From: Nitrospirota bacterium
GTDB lineage: Bacteria > Nitrospirota > Thermodesulfovibrionia > Thermodesulfovibrionales > Dissulfurispiraceae
Reading direction: 5' to 3'
Assembly: GCA_963710375.1 (NCBI GenBank)
Contig: CAVPZX010000003.1
Span: forward strand, 32,001-96,000
Length of the DNA: 64,000 bases
The notes under the pieces are model-generated. The model was given only the letters and a program-made list of their open reading frames with translations. It did no database searches and had not been told where the DNA came from. Below, one piece after another: positions 29,310-38,803 of this stretch (within the stretch, counting starts at the first letter, position 1; each line of letters begins with the position of its first letter). The position numbers were made by a program, and so were the translations under genes.

Positions 29310-31139
29310 ATGTTAATGCAAACGTGGTTACTTCCACTTGCGCTTTTGGCAACTGCGACCTTAGTAGCTATCCCTTTAAGTCGCTATGCCGCGTGGATCA
29401 TGGACGGGAAATACCGGCCTTTGCCCGTCTTTGGATGGTTCGAGAATCGCCTGAACAGCGGTCCGCAGAACTGGAAACAGTATGCAGCCTCCCTGCTGAT
29501 TTTTAACACCTTGTTGTTTGTCTTCGGCTACCTTGTTCTGGCGCTGCAGCCCTGGATGCCGCTCAATCCTGATCACAAGACACTCCTGGCCCCTAGCACC
29601 ATCTTTATGCAGGTTGTATCCTTCATGACAAACACGGACCTGCAGCACTATTCCGGGGATCAGCATTTGTCTAATTTCAGCCAGATTTTTTTCGGCATCG
29701 CCAATCTCTTTATATCGGCTGCAATCGGCTTAAGCGCGCTGGTGGCGATTATCAGGGCTTTGCGCAGCGATTCATCGCTAGGCAATTTTTTTGTGGATAT
29801 GTGGCGTGTAATGGTTTACATGTTCGTGCCGGCAGCCTTTGTCTTCGCGCTCTTCTTTCTATCCCAGGGCAGCCCGATGACCCTGAAAAGCTCCTACCAG
29901 GTTTCGACGCTCGAACCAGCAGCTATGGGGACCACTGACAAAGGCGAAGTCAAGCAGCAGAACATTGTTGTCGGTCCGGTGGCTGGTTTTGAGTCAATGA
30001 AAATGCTCGGCACCAACGGCGGCGGATTCTACGGTATGAATTCCGCGCACCCATTTGAGAATCCGACTGCGGCATCGAACTTTTTTAACACTCTTGCCAT
30101 GATGATCTTCCCATTCGCTCTTGTGCTGATGTACGGCCGCATGCTCGGTCGCATACGACATAGCATTGTCATATTTTCTGTAATGATGATTTTAATGGCA
30201 GGCACTATCGCCTGGTCTATTTATTACGACACGCTGAAACCTAATCCAGGCTTGACGGCGCATCCTGTGGCGCGAACTTATGAAGTTCCGAGCGCCAGAG
30301 CGCCAGGCGGGAAACAGGTGGTGACACTGCCTGCTGTTCCTGGCCTGCCGGTAGACCAGCACCTCGGCAATCTTGAGGGCAAAGAGATGCGCTTCGGCAC
30401 CTCGGCAGGCGCTACTTACGCTGCAGTGACGACAGACGTGACCTGCGGGGCGGTGAATGCAGAAGCAGACAGTCTAAATCCGCTTGCCGCGTTGGCACCG
30501 ATGGTGGGGATGTGGCTGAATTGCATTTTCGGAGGTAAAGGCGTAGGCATGATCAACATGCTGCTTTACATAATCATCGGAATCTTTGTGGCCGGCATGA
30601 TGGTCGGAAGGACACCTGAGTATCTGGGCAAGAAAATCGGGGCGCGGGAAGTAAAACTCGCGATGATTGCCCTGCTGATCCACCCTTTCATGATACTGTT
30701 CCCCACCGGCCTCTTCGCTGCAACGAGTTGGGGACTCAAAGCTGTCAGCAATCCCGGCGCGCATGGCCTTTCACAAATGCTTTACCAGTTCTCCTCTGCT
30801 TCCGCCAACAACGGCTCAGCCTTTGACGGACTGGGGGTCACTTACGGTTTTTGGAATAATCCGAATCCGGCTCCGACCGCCGTAGCATGGGATATCGCGA
30901 CGGGTCTGGTAATGATGTTTAGCCGGTTTATTCCAATTATCGCGCCGATTGCGATGGCCTCATATCTCGGGGAAAAGAAATCGAGCCCTTTTGGCCTGGG
31001 TACCCTGCGGGACGACACTCCCACATTCAGCATCCTACTGCTGGGAACGATCCTTATTATCGGGGCACTGCTCTTTCTGCCTGTTGCCGCGCTTGGACCG
31101 ATAGCAGACCACTTTGGTCCCATGCCGTTCGGAGGCTAA
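29310..31139 (+). CDS. kdpA: Potassium-transporting ATPase subunit A
   Basis: SFMTNTDLQHYSG, LGTNGGG, EGKEMRFG, MVGRTPEYLGKK and SANNGS motifs. Confidence 0.97.
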   Translation: MLMQTWLLPLALLATATLVAIPLSRYAAWIMDGKYRPLPVFGWFENRLNSGPQNWKQYAASLLIFNTLLFVFGYLVLALQPWMPLNPDHKTLLAPSTIFMQVVSFMTNTDLQHYSGDQHLSNFSQIFFGIANLFISAAIGLSALVAIIRALRSDSSLGNFFVDMWRVMVYMFVPAAFVFALFFLSQGSPMTLKSSYQVSTLEPAAMGTTDKGEVKQQNIVVGPVAGFESMKMLGTNGGGFYGMNSAHPFENPTAASNFFNTLAMMIFPFALVLMYGRMLGRIRHSIVIFSVMMILMAGTIAWSIYYDTLKPNPGLTAHPVARTYEVPSARAPGGKQVVTLPAVPGLPVDQHLGNLEGKEMRFGTSAGATYAAVTTDVTCGAVNAEADSLNPLAALAPMVGMWLNCIFGGKGVGMINMLLYIIIGIFVAGMMVGRTPEYLGKKIGAREVKLAMIALLIHPFMILFPTGLFAATSWGLKAVSNPGAHGLSQMLYQFSSASANNGSAFDGLGVTYGFWNNPNPAPTAVAWDIATGLVMMFSRFIPIIAPIAMASYLGEKKSSPFGLGTLRDDTPTFSILLLGTILIIGALLFLPVAALGPIADHFGPMPFGG

Positions 31140-31180
31140 AATGAATTTAGAGATTAATAAGGAATTTAAAGGAGTGTTAC

Positions 31181-33352
31181 ATGAATAAAACAGATGTGAA
31201 TAAATCCGTTCCGGAGGCTGGTTTGACCCTGGGTCAGCAGAAGCTCCAGCGCCGTAAAAAAGTCCAACGGCTACTGGAGAAAGAGACAGCATTGGCAGCA
31301 CTGAAGCAGGCAATCTTAATGCTGAGGCCGGACAGGCAGTGGAACAATCCGGTTATGTTCGTAGTCGAGGTGGGAGCTTTTTTGACACTGCTTTATATAG
31401 TGGAAGCAGCGATGGGAAAAGGGGTCAGCCAATCACCCATAAGCTATTTCATATGGCTTGACGCATGGCTTTTCATAACCGTGCTGTTTGCAAACTTTGC
31501 GACAGCCCTTGCCGAGGCCCGCGGCAAGGCGCAGGCTGATTCACTCAGGAGGGCACGTTTCGACACGATTGCTTATCGATTTAATACTGTGGGAAACACG
31601 GAGCAGGTGTCTTCTACGGCTTTGAAACCGGGCGATCTGGTCCTTGTGGAAGCCGGGAAAATGATCCCGAACGACGGAGAAATCATCGAGGGAATCGCCT
31701 CCATCGACGAATCAGCTATTACAGGGGAATCGGCCCCCGTGATCCGCGAAGCCGGCGGCGATAGGTCAGGCGTCACAGGCGGCACCTTTGTGCTTTCCGA
31801 CAGGATCGTTGTCCGCATCACCAGCGGCACAGGAGATTCCTTCCTCGACCGTATGATAGCCCTTGTTGAGGGCGCTATCCGTCAGAGGACTCCAAACGAG
31901 ATTGCTCTTACGCTCGTACTTTCGGCTCTTACGCTGGTCTTTCTGATAGTGGTAATGCCGCTTTGGGCAATGGCATGGAATGCCGAGCAATACATGATGG
32001 GCTATCTCGGTATCCAGACACCCCTTAAAAGTCTCGGGACCGACGTGCCGACACTTATAGCACTTCTGGTCTGCCTCATTCCTACGACCATTGGAGCTTT
32101 GCTGGCTGCAATCGGAATCGCCGGAATGGACCGCGCCCTGCAGGCCAACATAATAGCAAAAAGCGGCAAGGCGGTGGAGCTGGCAGGTGACATCGACGTC
32201 GTAATGCTGGATAAGACAGGCACAATCACCATCGGGAACAGGAACGCCACTAAGTTCCTTCCAGTGGGTAAGTATTCGGAGGCCGAGGTTGGGCAACTTG
32301 CTGCCATGGCGTCTGAAGCGGACCAGACACCGGAAGGGAAGAGCATAGTGAAGTTATTCGAAAAGCAAAGCGGAAAAACAGTAAGCGTGCCGTCTGATAC
32401 CAAGTTCGTGCCTTTTACGGCCCAGACCCGAATGAGCGGGGTAGATCTTCCCGACGGGCAAGTCATCCGAAAAGGGGCGCCGGATGCAGTTATAAAATTC
32501 ATTATGAGCGGCAATGGCAGCGTGCCTGATGAGAGCAAGAGCCAGATCAAAGGACTGGTGGACAGTGTGGCCTCAAAAGGCGCCACCCCGCTGCTGGTCA
32601 CCGATGGCTCCACTATCGCGGGCGTGATCGTTCTTGAAGACATTTTGAAACCGAACATGGCTGAACGGTTCGAGCGGCTCAGGAAGATGGGGCTGAGGAC
32701 CGTTATGATCACCGGGGACAATCCTCTCACAGCTGCGGCCATAGCCAAACAGGCAGGTGTCGATGGCTTTCTGGCAGAGGCCACACCCGAGACCAAACTT
32801 GCTTACCTCAAAAAGGAGCAGACAGAGGGCAAACTGGTGGCCATGATGGGCGACGGCACTAATGATGCACCGGCCCTGGCCCAGGCAGACGTTGGCCTTG
32901 CCATGAACGCGGGAACTCAGGCAGCTAAAGAGGCGGCCAATATGGTTGACCTTGACAGCGACCCAACAAAGTTGATCGAAGTTGTCGAAATAGGGAAACA
33001 ACTGCTGATGACGCGGGGCTCTCTGACGACCTTCTCTATCGCCAATGACGTGGCCAAATTCTTTGCAATAATTCCGGCGCTTTTTGCAGGCACTCTGCCG
33101 TGGTTAAGGGTTATGGACATCATGCACTTGCACTCGCCGGAGTCGGCCATACTGTCAGCGGTCATCTTTAATGCGATCATAATTCCGCTTCTCATCCCCA
33201 TCGCACTCAAGGGTGTCGAATACAGGGCGCTCGGCGCCGAGGCCCTGCTGCGCAGGAACCTTCTTATCTGGGGACTTGGCGGCGTGATCGTGCCGTTTAT
33301 CGGCATCAAGTTGATCGATATGTCAATGGTAGCTCTTCATCTGGTGAGCTGA
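31181..33352 (+). CDS. kdpB: Potassium-transporting ATPase subunit B
   Basis: TGES, CLIPTT, DKTGT, KGA and GDGTND motifs. Confidence 0.97.
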   Translation: MNKTDVNKSVPEAGLTLGQQKLQRRKKVQRLLEKETALAALKQAILMLRPDRQWNNPVMFVVEVGAFLTLLYIVEAAMGKGVSQSPISYFIWLDAWLFITVLFANFATALAEARGKAQADSLRRARFDTIAYRFNTVGNTEQVSSTALKPGDLVLVEAGKMIPNDGEIIEGIASIDESAITGESAPVIREAGGDRSGVTGGTFVLSDRIVVRITSGTGDSFLDRMIALVEGAIRQRTPNEIALTLVLSALTLVFLIVVMPLWAMAWNAEQYMMGYLGIQTPLKSLGTDVPTLIALLVCLIPTTIGALLAAIGIAGMDRALQANIIAKSGKAVELAGDIDVVMLDKTGTITIGNRNATKFLPVGKYSEAEVGQLAAMASEADQTPEGKSIVKLFEKQSGKTVSVPSDTKFVPFTAQTRMSGVDLPDGQVIRKGAPDAVIKFIMSGNGSVPDESKSQIKGLVDSVASKGATPLLVTDGSTIAGVIVLEDILKPNMAERFERLRKMGLRTVMITGDNPLTAAAIAKQAGVDGFLAEATPETKLAYLKKEQTEGKLVAMMGDGTNDAPALAQADVGLAMNAGTQAAKEAANMVDLDSDPTKLIEVVEIGKQLLMTRGSLTTFSIANDVAKFFAIIPALFAGTLPWLRVMDIMHLHSPESAILSAVIFNAIIIPLLIPIALKGVEYRALGAEALLRRNLLIWGLGGVIVPFIGIKLIDMSMVALHLVS

Positions 33353-33373
33353 CATTTTAAGGAGGAGATTAAA

Positions 33374-34390
33374 ATGATGAAATATATTTCAAAGAGTGTT
33401 TTATTGCTGGCCTTAGCAGTGGTTATCTGCTGCATAATTTATCCGCTGGCGTTATTGGCTGTCGGGCAGGCAGTATTCCCCTTTCAGGCCAACGGCAGCA
33501 TGCTGAAAGGTCCTGACGGCACAGTGGTGGGGTCAAAGCTCATAGCACAGCCCTTTACAAAGGACGAATACTTTCAGCCCCGGCCCTCTGCGGCATCTTA
33601 TGATGCGTCTGCCTCAGCCTCGTCGGCCCTGTCGTCATCAAACTATGGCCTGCGCGACCGGGTTGCCCGCAGCATCGGTCCGATTGTGAACTATAAAAGC
33701 GGTCCCAAGGCCGGAAAGCCTGTGGCGCCGGATGTTGAAAGCTGGTTTCAGAAAGATGTCTACGGTGGCAATCCTCATATAGTTGCCCAGTGGGCGGATG
33801 CACATAATTCGCTAGCCCAGGCCTGGGTCACCGGCGATCCTACGCATGGGCCATATGTAGACGCCTGGTCAAAGGCGCATCCTGCTATAGTTGCGCAGTT
33901 CATAAAGGACAATCCCGGCACCCCTGAGCCAAAGGCTGCGGATCTGGCGGTAGTGTTCTTTAAAGACTTCTCTGCGGCGCACCCAGGGCAATTCCCTTCT
34001 ACCGTGACCAAACCAGGAGCTGACGGCAAGCCTGTAACGACTATTGAGCCGGTCAAGGAAGGTTCTGACATCCAGTCGATCTTCTTCGCCATGTGGCGGG
34101 AAGACCATCCCGATGTTGAACTTCAGGATGTTCCCGGTGACATGGTCACTGCTTCGGGTTCAGGGCTTGACCCTCATATCACGCTTCAGAACGCCGAGTT
34201 TCAGCTTGACCGTGTAGCCTCCAAATGGGCAGCTGACACGAAGCGTGACCCGGCTGCAGTCAGGCAAGAGATACAGCAGATATTGATGAATAACGCATCG
34301 GCGCCGTTTGGCGGGCTTGCTGGTGAGAAGATGGTCAATGTGTTCGAAGTCAACCTTAAACTTCGGACAAAGTATGGGCCGCCATCATAG
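33374..34390 (+). CDS. kdpC: Potassium-transporting ATPase subunit C (long form with internal insertion)
   Basis: FPFQANGS, YFQPRPSA and VTASGSGLDPHI motifs; 338 aa. Confidence 0.92.
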   Translation: MMKYISKSVLLLALAVVICCIIYPLALLAVGQAVFPFQANGSMLKGPDGTVVGSKLIAQPFTKDEYFQPRPSAASYDASASASSALSSSNYGLRDRVARSIGPIVNYKSGPKAGKPVAPDVESWFQKDVYGGNPHIVAQWADAHNSLAQAWVTGDPTHGPYVDAWSKAHPAIVAQFIKDNPGTPEPKAADLAVVFFKDFSAAHPGQFPSTVTKPGADGKPVTTIEPVKEGSDIQSIFFAMWREDHPDVELQDVPGDMVTASGSGLDPHITLQNAEFQLDRVASKWAADTKRDPAAVRQEIQQILMNNASAPFGGLAGEKMVNVFEVNLKLRTKYGPPS

Positions 34391-34413
34391 TTGCGCCGTG
34401 GAGGAAAACGGTA

Positions 34414-34635
34414 ATGACGTTGCTGAAAAACAGTGTAGAACAATTCGAGAGGGATGAGATAACTAATGCCCTTAAAGAGAGTAATTGGGTGATGGCGAGA
34501 GCTGCAAGAAAGCTCGGCATTACCTATAGGATGATCGGGTACAAGATAAAAAAATACGGAATAAAAAGAGGCGAGGACCGACGGGAAATAGGCATCAGCT
34601 CACATATGATGCGATCAACAGAAAAGCAGGCTTGA
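34414..34635 (+). CDS. Stand-alone Fis/NifA-type HTH_8 protein
   Basis: ERDEITNALKESNWVMARAARKLGITYRMIGYKIKKYGI; SD GGAGG. Confidence 0.8.
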   Translation: MTLLKNSVEQFERDEITNALKESNWVMARAARKLGITYRMIGYKIKKYGIKRGEDRREIGISSHMMRSTEKQA

Positions 34636-34664
34636 GCAGTTGATATATTTATAAGGAGGATAGT

Positions 34665-35600
34665 GTGAAAAGAATAAGAAAGTTTGCCAAAATCATCTTT
34701 GCGTGCTTATTGGTTTATTCATTATTTATAGGTGTTGCATATGCTGAAGATCAACCGGCAGCAACTGCAGCCCCTGCAGCAGTTCCTACAGCCCCTGCTG
34801 CGCCGGCAGCTGAGGCAGCACCTGCGGCTCCTGAGGCGGCTCCTGCGGCTCCTGCAGTCACCGGCAGCGCAGCGCTGTCTGTTCTTAATCACTACATATT
34901 CAGAGGATACGAACTCAGCTCGCATAGCGCTGTCTTTCAACCTACACTTACGATTAACTACGCAGGCTTCTCAGCAAACTTATGGAGCAACATCGACACC
35001 AGCGAGCACGCAACTCAAAACTTCGCTCCTGTTACAACTTCCAGAGGGCACAATAACTACGACGAGACTGATTTGACGCTTAGCTATACTTACAACATCG
35101 ACAAGCTTGCCCTCACCGGCGGATTTATTTATTACGGTACACAATATGCGCCTGAAACAGAAGAGGTTTATGTAAGCGGCGCTTACGACATGATCGCACA
35201 CCCTACACTTGCGATCTACCGTGATGTCAATCACTACCCAGGCACATACTTCAATCTCTCTTTCTCCCAGTCCATACCGGTTTACAAAGAGACCACCGTC
35301 AACCTGGGCGCATCGTTTGGATATGAGGCGGGGAGTTCGAATTTCTGGAATACTTATGTTGCAAACAAAGGCTTTGTCGGCAGCCACTACAGTGCATTCC
35401 ATGACGGCATGGTGAAAGTCGGCTATACCATACCGGTGACAAAGCTGTTCTCAGTTCAGCCTGTTGCCCAATACTGGTTCCCGCTTTCGAGCGATGCAAG
35501 CAAAACTGTAACGGACAAGTCAGGAGTCCATGGATTTAACCCTAACGGCCAACTTAAAGATATCTTTGTATATGGCGTTAACCTGACGTTTAGTTTTTAG
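34665..35600 (+). CDS. Outer-membrane beta-barrel protein, putative porin
   Basis: Signal peptide, Ala/Pro linker, YIFRG motif, ETDLTLSYT, C-terminal aromatic FSF. Confidence 0.75.
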   Translation: MKRIRKFAKIIFACLLVYSLFIGVAYAEDQPAATAAPAAVPTAPAAPAAEAAPAAPEAAPAAPAVTGSAALSVLNHYIFRGYELSSHSAVFQPTLTINYAGFSANLWSNIDTSEHATQNFAPVTTSRGHNNYDETDLTLSYTYNIDKLALTGGFIYYGTQYAPETEEVYVSGAYDMIAHPTLAIYRDVNHYPGTYFNLSFSQSIPVYKETTVNLGASFGYEAGSSNFWNTYVANKGFVGSHYSAFHDGMVKVGYTIPVTKLFSVQPVAQYWFPLSSDASKTVTDKSGVHGFNPNGQLKDIFVYGVNLTFSF

Positions 35601-35635
35601 ATTATCGTAACTCATGCCGTTTCGAGGACTCCCGC

Positions 35636-37129
35636 TCAAGGGAAGAGGACTCCCTGGTCAATCTTCAACTGGGCAAGGCTTTTTTTAGACAGATGGAACC
35701 TGTTCGAAAAGACCCTGTTCATTACCGAGAGCAGCTGGCGGAACTTGTAGGCATCATGGTGGGAGTCTCCTTTTTGTTCGGAAGCGCGCCAGCTCTGCTC
35801 GTCCGATATGCGCAGCTCCACCCCCAACGTGTGCTGCTGGGTCTCCTTGCGGACCCGGTTCCGCATTGCGTAGGACGGCGTGCCCGGGATCATGATTTCG
35901 TTCGTATCCGCAGTGTAGTGGATAGGCAGGGTGAAGGCGATCTTGCACTGGAACTTCCGATGTCCAAGCGAAGAATGCAGGTTTCTGGCCGTGTTTACAC
36001 TGAGAGCATCGTAGAACGTCATGGCATTGGCGAGGATATCTTCTTCCCCCGGCGTTTCGTCGCTGCCTCCGCTCTGCGCAAGGCTGACCATCAGGCGCCT
36101 CACAGCTTCCCGCATGCTTTGGGGGCTATCGAAGAGGGTCTGGGTGATCGAATGGGAGGCAGTATATTCCTGAAGTATCACGCCCCTCTTCTGTAATGCA
36201 TGAAATAGCTTTAACGTGTCGTCCATGCTCTTTAGGATAAAGGTGATCGCCAGGATGTCCCGGATGTCATGAGCCTCCCCCTCCACGTCTTTACCGAGTT
36301 TGGTGAACATGCTCTCGGGGCTCTTGAGCCTGGCTTTGACCTCGACTATATCGACGGATACACCGTCTCCGCTGTTGAAGACAAGACACCCCTTGTTTTC
36401 ATCGAACATCAGTGATTCCTTTAACTTGTGGAAAAACGTCGAGACCTTGACAAAGGCCTTCTGAGCAGGCGCATTATCCGGGATATGTTTCGGATTGTCC
36501 CAGCTATAACGGTACAGGTCGTCAAGGCTCTGTCCCTGCGCTTCCAGAAAAAAACCGAGCTGGGCATAATCGTTGATATCCTGGCTGTCCTCTTCGACCG
36601 ACTTGACAAGGTGTCCCATCTTGAGTATGGAACATGCGATCTGCTGCCACCTGGCCGGGACATCAAGACCTCTGCCCTTATACCCCTGGAAAATGTGCGG
36701 ATATCTCTTCGACGAGGCGAGGAGGAAGAGATGCCGTGGGTCTTCGCTAACGATCCTCCGGAACTGCGTATTCATCAAAACCGATTCAATCTTCCCAATG
36801 GCATAAAGACAGTGCCGGTAGAGGTCGGCGTTAGGGGACTGCAGGGCGGATAGGCCTTCCAGTTGCTTTTTCACAAAGGGAAAGAGCCAGTCGAGGCAGT
36901 ACCTGTATACACGCTCGACATACCTGTTTGCCCGTTCCTTCTCACTCTCCTGGAGTTCAGCGTTGCCGAGGATATCGAACCCGCGGTTGCCCAGCATCTT
37001 AGAGGCCCTGGAAAGGGCTGTTCCGTAATCTCTCGCCTGCAGTAGCAGAAAGGGCGTCATCTCGGTCCTGTCTATGATTGAACCGAAAATCTCGTGGTGC
37101 AGTTCCTGGCTCGATTGGGTATGGTCCAT
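35636..37129 (-). CDS. Divergent RelA/SpoT-synthetase-like nucleotidyltransferase
   Basis: ARLKSPESMFTK, DIRDILAITF, ELRISD and GDSHHDAYK fall in the order of the RSH synthetase motifs. Confidence 0.65.
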   Translation of the reverse strand: MDHTQSSQELHHEIFGSIIDRTEMTPFLLLQARDYGTALSRASKMLGNRGFDILGNAELQESEKERANRYVERVYRYCLDWLFPFVKKQLEGLSALQSPNADLYRHCLYAIGKIESVLMNTQFRRIVSEDPRHLFLLASSKRYPHIFQGYKGRGLDVPARWQQIACSILKMGHLVKSVEEDSQDINDYAQLGFFLEAQGQSLDDLYRYSWDNPKHIPDNAPAQKAFVKVSTFFHKLKESLMFDENKGCLVFNSGDGVSVDIVEVKARLKSPESMFTKLGKDVEGEAHDIRDILAITFILKSMDDTLKLFHALQKRGVILQEYTASHSITQTLFDSPQSMREAVRRLMVSLAQSGGSDETPGEEDILANAMTFYDALSVNTARNLHSSLGHRKFQCKIAFTLPIHYTADTNEIMIPGTPSYAMRNRVRKETQQHTLGVELRISDEQSWRASEQKGDSHHDAYKFRQLLSVMNRVFSNRFHLSKKSLAQLKIDQGVLFP

Positions 37130-37212
37130 ATAATATGCTCTGGCAAAGGCAGCTCACCGACGGGTACATTCAGTTGTCAGTCCGCAGAACCTTATACCTA
37201 TTATAGCTAATT

Positions 37213-38511
37213 TTAGATCTTCCAGTTTTCCCGGTTAGTGACCGCCTTTCTCATGTAATCACGGATCCATCCCCTTATTGCAGGTGACAGATAAAAAACC
37301 GGATGTAGCAGATCCTCGCCGTTTTCAATTATACCTTCTTCCCTGGCAATAGCTTCCAATTGAGTTCCCGGATATATGCGTATCCCTGCCTTGAGCGTAA
37401 CGATATCAGGAGAAAGTTTATCCACGAATTCTATGCTCTGCATAACGGTCTCCTGTGTCTCCCCTGGTCCTCCAAAAAGAAGAAAGCATCCGTATTTGAT
37501 GCCGTTTGCTCTTGCAAGTCTTGCAGCTTTTCTTACATTTGCCAGCGTAAAACCTTTCCGGAGATTCCTGAGAATCAATTCGTGGCCTGAATCATTGCCT
37601 AAGCTGATGAACCTGCATCCGGACTTCCCCATGAGTTCAAAAAGTTCTTCATCACCAAATGCAGGGTTAAGTATCGCCTGCCAGTTTACTTTAATGCCTT
37701 GTGCAATAATCTCCCTGCAGAAGTTCTTTGCACCGGATATTGGAAAATTAAAGACATTGTCCACTACATAAAAGCGCCGTATATTCTTTTCCCTGTTTAG
37801 CGATGCCATTTCACTTACACAGCTGAGCATGTCCCGTGAGCGGCAGTGTTTCCCTTCGAGTAGCGGGGTCGAGCAGTAAATGCACTCCATGTGGCAGCCC
37901 CGTTTGGTTTGCACGGTGACAGAACCCGGCAACTCCCCCAAAAATTCGTGATAGGCCGTCACATCGAAGTCGCTGTAAGCCGGAGATGCCCATTGGACCG
38001 GGTCGGAAAGATACCGGAGGCCGTTAATTATGATTTGATCACCTTTCTTCCATACCGCACCAGGGACCTTCTCAAACTTACCATCCTGCATAGCAAGAGC
38101 ATCAAGAAGCAGGGGGAATGCATCTTCTCCCTCCCCGTAGATGCCGAGGTCCGCATCCAGAAAACGAAGACATCCCTCCGGATGAATGTTAAACCCGGAG
38201 CCTCCCAAAATGAGAGGGGCGTTTGTGTGGCTGCGAATTTCTGAAACAACGCCCAGAAGACTGGGGAGAAAAAAGACCGGGCTGCCCATGTCCTGGTTGT
38301 CAATATTCCGGATGGACAGCCCGACGGCATCCGGATGAAAGTCCCTGAACGTAGCTCTCAGCCTTTCTTTCCAGTCTTCAAGAAACATAAAGTCGAGCAC
38401 TACTACCTCATGGCCGCAGCGCCTCAGAGATCCCGCAACAAAGGCTGGTCCGAGCGGAAACGGCGCAACGAGGTTCATATTTCTATTTTCGGATATAAGA
38501 AGGACTCTCAT
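37213..38511 (-). CDS. B12-binding radical SAM protein
   Basis: N-terminal cobalamin-binding domain (GLSIRNIDN, ILGGSGF, GEGE); CHMECIYC motif. Confidence 0.92.
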   Translation of the reverse strand: MRVLLISENRNMNLVAPFPLGPAFVAGSLRRCGHEVVVLDFMFLEDWKERLRATFRDFHPDAVGLSIRNIDNQDMGSPVFFLPSLLGVVSEIRSHTNAPLILGGSGFNIHPEGCLRFLDADLGIYGEGEDAFPLLLDALAMQDGKFEKVPGAVWKKGDQIIINGLRYLSDPVQWASPAYSDFDVTAYHEFLGELPGSVTVQTKRGCHMECIYCSTPLLEGKHCRSRDMLSCVSEMASLNREKNIRRFYVVDNVFNFPISGAKNFCREIIAQGIKVNWQAILNPAFGDEELFELMGKSGCRFISLGNDSGHELILRNLRKGFTLANVRKAARLARANGIKYGCFLLFGGPGETQETVMQSIEFVDKLSPDIVTLKAGIRIYPGTQLEAIAREEGIIENGEDLLHPVFYLSPAIRGWIRDYMRKAVTNRENWKI

Positions 38512-38534
38512 CTCTTATATCTTATAACAAATTT

Positions 38535-38657
38535 TTAATTCTGCGTCGCTATATGTTCGTGCAGGCTTTCAACGATGTTTGCTAGGTCTAACTCGTCCAT
38601 CCAGCAATATAGTGGACTCTCACGCAGGATTTCGAGCAGTTCTGTTTTTGTAATCAT
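38535..38657 (-). CDS. Unannotated 40-aa small protein (ILRESPLY family)
   Basis: MITKTELLEILRESPLYCWMDELDLANIVESLHEHIATQN; SD-like AGGATGGTG; shares ILRESPLY with 62960..63154. Confidence 0.7.
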   Translation of the reverse strand: MITKTELLEILRESPLYCWMDELDLANIVESLHEHIATQN

Positions 38658-38681
38658 AATTCACCATCCTTGGTAATATCT

Positions 38682-38708
38682 TTATCGGGGAACTTTGTAA
38701 AAGGTTTA
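38682..38708 (-). promoter_or_regulatory. sigma28 (FliA-type) promoter
   Basis: TAAA-N15-CCCGATAA on the minus strand, 24 nt upstream of the sORF. Confidence 0.7.
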
Positions 38709-38803
38709 GGGCCGGCGAATAAATAACTCTTGCATTGAGGCGCTCAGATTTGGTTGATACGAAGGCGGGATACCTGAAAAATTTGGATTCTCTATGATAG
38801 ACT

